Of a DNA stretch of 19,819 bases, positions 16,725-19,819 are shown in pieces. Position 1 is the stretch's first letter. Each line of letters starts with the position of its first letter. The notes below the pieces were generated by a model. It saw only the letters and a list, made by a program, of their open reading frames with translations, did not search any database and was not told the DNA's origin. The position numbers were made by a program, and so were the translations under genes. Source of the DNA: Bdellovibrionales bacterium (GTDB lineage: Bacteria; Bdellovibrionota; Bdellovibrionia; Bdellovibrionales; JAMPXM01); NCBI GenBank assembly GCA_043739185.1, contig JAYUEN010000099.1:1-19819 (forward strand), in the 5' to 3' direction.

Positions 16725-18656
16725 ATGAGCACACAAACCACCATCAAAAAAGCACCGAAAGTCAAAGGCCCCATACGAACAGAAGCTGTCGTGCCCATCG
16801 CAATTATTATTGCGGTCACAGCCCTCTACTTTAAATTCTTCTTTGATCATCATCTCAAAAAAGGTCTTGAGTACGGCCTCACCCACGCCAATGGAGCAGA
16901 AGTTGATATTCGATCCGTGCACACCAGCTTTTTCGATGCCTCACTACAAATCGAAAATATTCAAATCACCGACATTGAGAATCCGAGCACAAACAAAATT
17001 CAAATCGGCGAAATCAAATGGCAAATGCTTTGGGATGCACTCTTAAGAGGAAAGGTCGTCATTCACGAAGCCTCTATTCTCGGTGTTGAAATCGCCTCGC
17101 ACCGCTCATCTCCCGGGCATATTCTTCCGAAAGATCCACCGAGCGAAAGTAAGCTTGAAAAAGTCTCAGGCCAAGCACTTGAAAATGCCGAAAAAGAATT
17201 TTCAGGCAATGTTTTTGGCGATATCGCAGGCCTACTTGGTGGAGCCGACCCCAAAGATCAACTTAAAAATGTTGAAGCCAATTTAAAATCAGAAGCTCGC
17301 ATCAAAGAACTTCAAGCTGAGCTCAGCGGCAAACAAAAGGAATGGCAAGAGCGCATCAAAAAGCTCCCACAAGATAAAGAAATTCAAGAGCTACAAACAC
17401 GAATTAAAAATGTAAAGCCTGGCAATCTCAATAATCCTGCTGAACTTCAAGCTTCGATTCAACAGATTACAAGCATAGTCAACGACGCAAATTCTAAATA
17501 CAAAATCATTAAAGAAACAACTGACGCTTTCAATACTGATTTTAATAAATACAATAATATCCCTAAAGAAATCGAATCGCTTGTTCAAAGCGATATGAAG
17601 GATCTTGAAGGCAAACTCAAAATCCCAAAACTTGATACCGATACCATTGCCAGGGTTCTATTTGGCCCGTCAACACTTTCAAAATTGAAGTCTGCGCAAT
17701 TTTATATGAATAAGGCGAGACAATATATTCCGCCAAAGAAAACCACTGCTCAAAAAGCTGAAGATGAATCTAAAAAATTAAAACCCGAGCAACGAGCTAA
17801 GGGTAAAAACTACGCCTTCGGGAGACCTCATTCTTACCCCCTTTTCTGGCTTCAAAAAGCCGCCCTATCATCAAAGGCTTCGGACTCTGAATTCTCTGGC
17901 AATATGAAGGGCGAACTTAAAAACCTCACCAACGACCAAGACCTCGCAGGGGCAGCCACAACACTTTCATTTCAAGGTGATTTTCCAAAACAAGAATTTT
18001 TTGGCGTACATGGTCTACTCACCATTGACCACAGAGGCGACGATCCTCTTGAATCCCTCGATCTTGGTATCGATACGATAAAGGTCGCCAACAAAGATTT
18101 GCTCAAATCAAATGATGTGCAAATCGGCTTTAAATCCGCAGAAGCCAATTCAAAATTCAAAATTGAACTCAAGGGTGAAAACGTCAACCTTGCATCGCAA
18201 ACTGAATTTCAAAAAATCGACTACAATATCGCAGCTAAACAAAGTGTGCTCGACGATCTATTAAAGAAGGCTTTTCATGATATTCCAAAAGTCGGAGTTC
18301 AAGCCAGTGCTTCAGGCCCCTGGAGCGCCTTAAAATTTAATATCGACACCAATGTCGCTCACGATCTGCAGTCAGCTTTTCAAAAACAGATTCAGGCCAA
18401 AATCAGTGAGGCTCAAGCCCAACTTAAAGCCCTAATTGATAGCAAAATCGGTGGCGAGCGCGCCAAACTGATGTCACAGGTTTCAGACGAACAGAACAAA
18501 ATCAAGGGCGAGCTCGGAGCCAAACAGGCCGAAATCGACAAAGCCAAAACCCAAGTAACTGACGGCCAAAGCAAGGCCGGCAATACACAAAAGAAAGCCG
18601 TTGAGGACCTCGGCAAGAAAAAGCTCGACGACCTTAAAAAGCAATTTGGATTTTGA
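16725..18656 (+). CDS. TIGR03545-family protein (single TM anchor, AsmA-like N-terminus, coiled coils)
   Basis: GPIRTEAVVP plus TM, GAEVDI, WDALLRGKVVI, RAKGKNYAF...YPLFW. Long Lys/Glu/Gln-rich helical tracts. The ATG at 16725 follows GAGGA. Confidence 0.82.
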   Translation: MSTQTTIKKAPKVKGPIRTEAVVPIAIIIAVTALYFKFFFDHHLKKGLEYGLTHANGAEVDIRSVHTSFFDASLQIENIQITDIENPSTNKIQIGEIKWQMLWDALLRGKVVIHEASILGVEIASHRSSPGHILPKDPPSESKLEKVSGQALENAEKEFSGNVFGDIAGLLGGADPKDQLKNVEANLKSEARIKELQAELSGKQKEWQERIKKLPQDKEIQELQTRIKNVKPGNLNNPAELQASIQQITSIVNDANSKYKIIKETTDAFNTDFNKYNNIPKEIESLVQSDMKDLEGKLKIPKLDTDTIARVLFGPSTLSKLKSAQFYMNKARQYIPPKKTTAQKAEDESKKLKPEQRAKGKNYAFGRPHSYPLFWLQKAALSSKASDSEFSGNMKGELKNLTNDQDLAGAATTLSFQGDFPKQEFFGVHGLLTIDHRGDDPLESLDLGIDTIKVANKDLLKSNDVQIGFKSAEANSKFKIELKGENVNLASQTEFQKIDYNIAAKQSVLDDLLKKAFHDIPKVGVQASASGPWSALKFNIDTNVAHDLQSAFQKQIQAKISEAQAQLKALIDSKIGGERAKLMSQVSDEQNKIKGELGAKQAEIDKAKTQVTDGQSKAGNTQKKAVEDLGKKKLDDLKKQFGF

Positions 18657-18679
18657 GAAGTCTTGAAAGCGAGTAACTC

Positions 18680-19819
18680 ATGACTTGGGCTGCGATAAAG
18701 CTGAGCTTACTTTACTCTCTTCTTGCAGCACTTTTAGCGTGGGGCTTGATGCTCACGCCTCGCTATACTGCCGTCGGCACTCAGCGCGTGGTTAATATTT
18801 ACCCTCAATGTCGTGCTTGGGGTCCAGACTTAAAATGTCAGGAGCCGATGAATAAAATATTTGTCGGCTGGGATGCTGGCGCCACCGTTTGGCAGGATAT
18901 TCCGGCACAATATTTTTTTTCGCATTCAGCTTCTCAAGGTCAAAGCAAGCCCAACTGGAATCCCTATATAGGCTCCGGCTATCCGATGTTTTTAGATGGG
19001 CACTTCAATCTCAACTCAATCAATACTCAATACCTCATTCATAATTTAGGCGACAAAGCCCGCGATCTTTTAATTTTCGCCCGCATTTGGCTTTATATCT
19101 TCGGCGTTGTTTTGGCTTTGAGTCTACTTAATCTCAGTACACCAATATTAATTATTGGAGCACTCACCGCCAGCATGGCTCACTATTTGAGTCTTTATGT
19201 TGATATCGTATTTCTAGATATTGATTTATTAGCTCCTTGGGTTTTTATTCTACTTTTGATTTTACAAATTGAAAAAAAATTAACGCTTAAGAGTTTAGGG
19301 CTTGCACTCATTTTAGGTCTTTATGCTGGCTCTCAGGGATTCATTGAAGCCCTGGTGGTTTTTTCAATTAGTGTGGCTTTGATTGTATTGTCTTCGTTAT
19401 ATTGGATGGGTTGGCGTTCGATAATTTTAGGCCTCATCCTTGGTGCCGGCTTTAGCATATCACTTCCTCGCCTGCTGCAATTTGCTCATCATATAAATTA
19501 TTTTTCAAGTAATCGCGATGTTTTAAAGTGCGTTGCCACGCAAGGCATTGGTTGGCTTGAACCACTAAAAGAAAGTTTTATGTTTTTCTGGAGGCGAGGC
19601 CCCTCATTGAATCTCATTATGCCATTAGGTGCTGCAATTTTGATTTTGTGGCAAGCTTGGCGCCCCAAAGAGAGCAGATGGCTTCTTTTAGCTTTTGCGA
19701 TTTTGGCTTTTATTGAAATGAATGGCGTTCCTGAGGCTTTCTGTGGGCTTCCCGGAATTTCAGGCATCGCTTTTTACCGCCATCTCACTCCCTATCTCAA
19801 TGCTCTCACTTTAATTTTA
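18680..19819 (+). CDS. YfhO-like / GT-C polytopic membrane protein, 3'-truncated by the window edge (absent from the ORF track)
   Basis: The frame is open from the ATG at 18680 to the window end (380 codons): MTWAAIKLSLLYSLLAALLAWGLML...WDAGATVWQDIPAQYFF...KPNWNPYIGSGYPMFLDG..., followed by many hydrophobic segments. WNPYxxxGxP is typical of YfhO-like GT-C proteins. Confidence 0.75.
   Translation, partial: MTWAAIKLSLLYSLLAALLAWGLMLTPRYTAVGTQRVVNIYPQCRAWGPDLKCQEPMNKIFVGWDAGATVWQDIPAQYFFSHSASQGQSKPNWNPYIGSGYPMFLDGHFNLNSINTQYLIHNLGDKARDLLIFARIWLYIFGVVLALSLLNLSTPILIIGALTASMAHYLSLYVDIVFLDIDLLAPWVFILLLILQIEKKLTLKSLGLALILGLYAGSQGFIEALVVFSISVALIVLSSLYWMGWRSIILGLILGAGFSISLPRLLQFAHHINYFSSNRDVLKCVATQGIGWLEPLKESFMFFWRRGPSLNLIMPLGAAILILWQAWRPKESRWLLLAFAILAFIEMNGVPEAFCGLPGISGIAFYRHLTPYLNALTLIL

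Noticed and set aside
18913..18920. T8 homopolymer as a phase-variation tract
   Set aside because: The frame is intact, and A/T runs of this length are common in AT-rich DNA.
963..19767. Numerous 60-150 aa ORFs antisense or out of frame within the main genes, including 19498-19767 (-)
   Set aside because: These are shadow ORFs inside well-supported CDSs and have no motifs.
1..19819. CRISPR array, rRNA, intact tRNA, integrase or transposase
   Set aside because: No regularly spaced direct repeats, complete cloverleaf or recombinase/transposase motifs were seen.

Overview
Bacterial chromosomal window. The gene repertoire (HDIRSPL-type histidine kinase, TIGR03545/TIGR03546 pair, YfhO-like membrane protein) is suggestive of Bdellovibrionota/Oligoflexia, which is inference only. 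Left to right: (1) the 3' part of an unusually compact YcaO-family gene entering from the left edge, whose true extent the ORF track misses, overlapping a membrane sensor histidine kinase with no response regulator in view; (2) a structured intergenic region with a 22-bp-arm hairpin inside a degenerate tRNA-like sequence; (3) an RHH-antitoxin/MazF(PemK) toxin pair; (4) a minus-strand surface-glycan operon: wbpA-like, wbpE-like, O-antigen ligase, GT4, rmlD, rmlC; (5) divergent metH-metF; (6) a ~177-bp nested palindromic MITE-like element; (7) a PglF/CapD-type dehydratase, TIGR03546, TIGR03545 and an uncalled YfhO/GT-C-like gene running off the right edge. The best candidate for an undescribed system is the mini-YcaO plus overlapping sensor kinase, a possible modified-peptide signalling module. 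Its upstream part lies outside the window.
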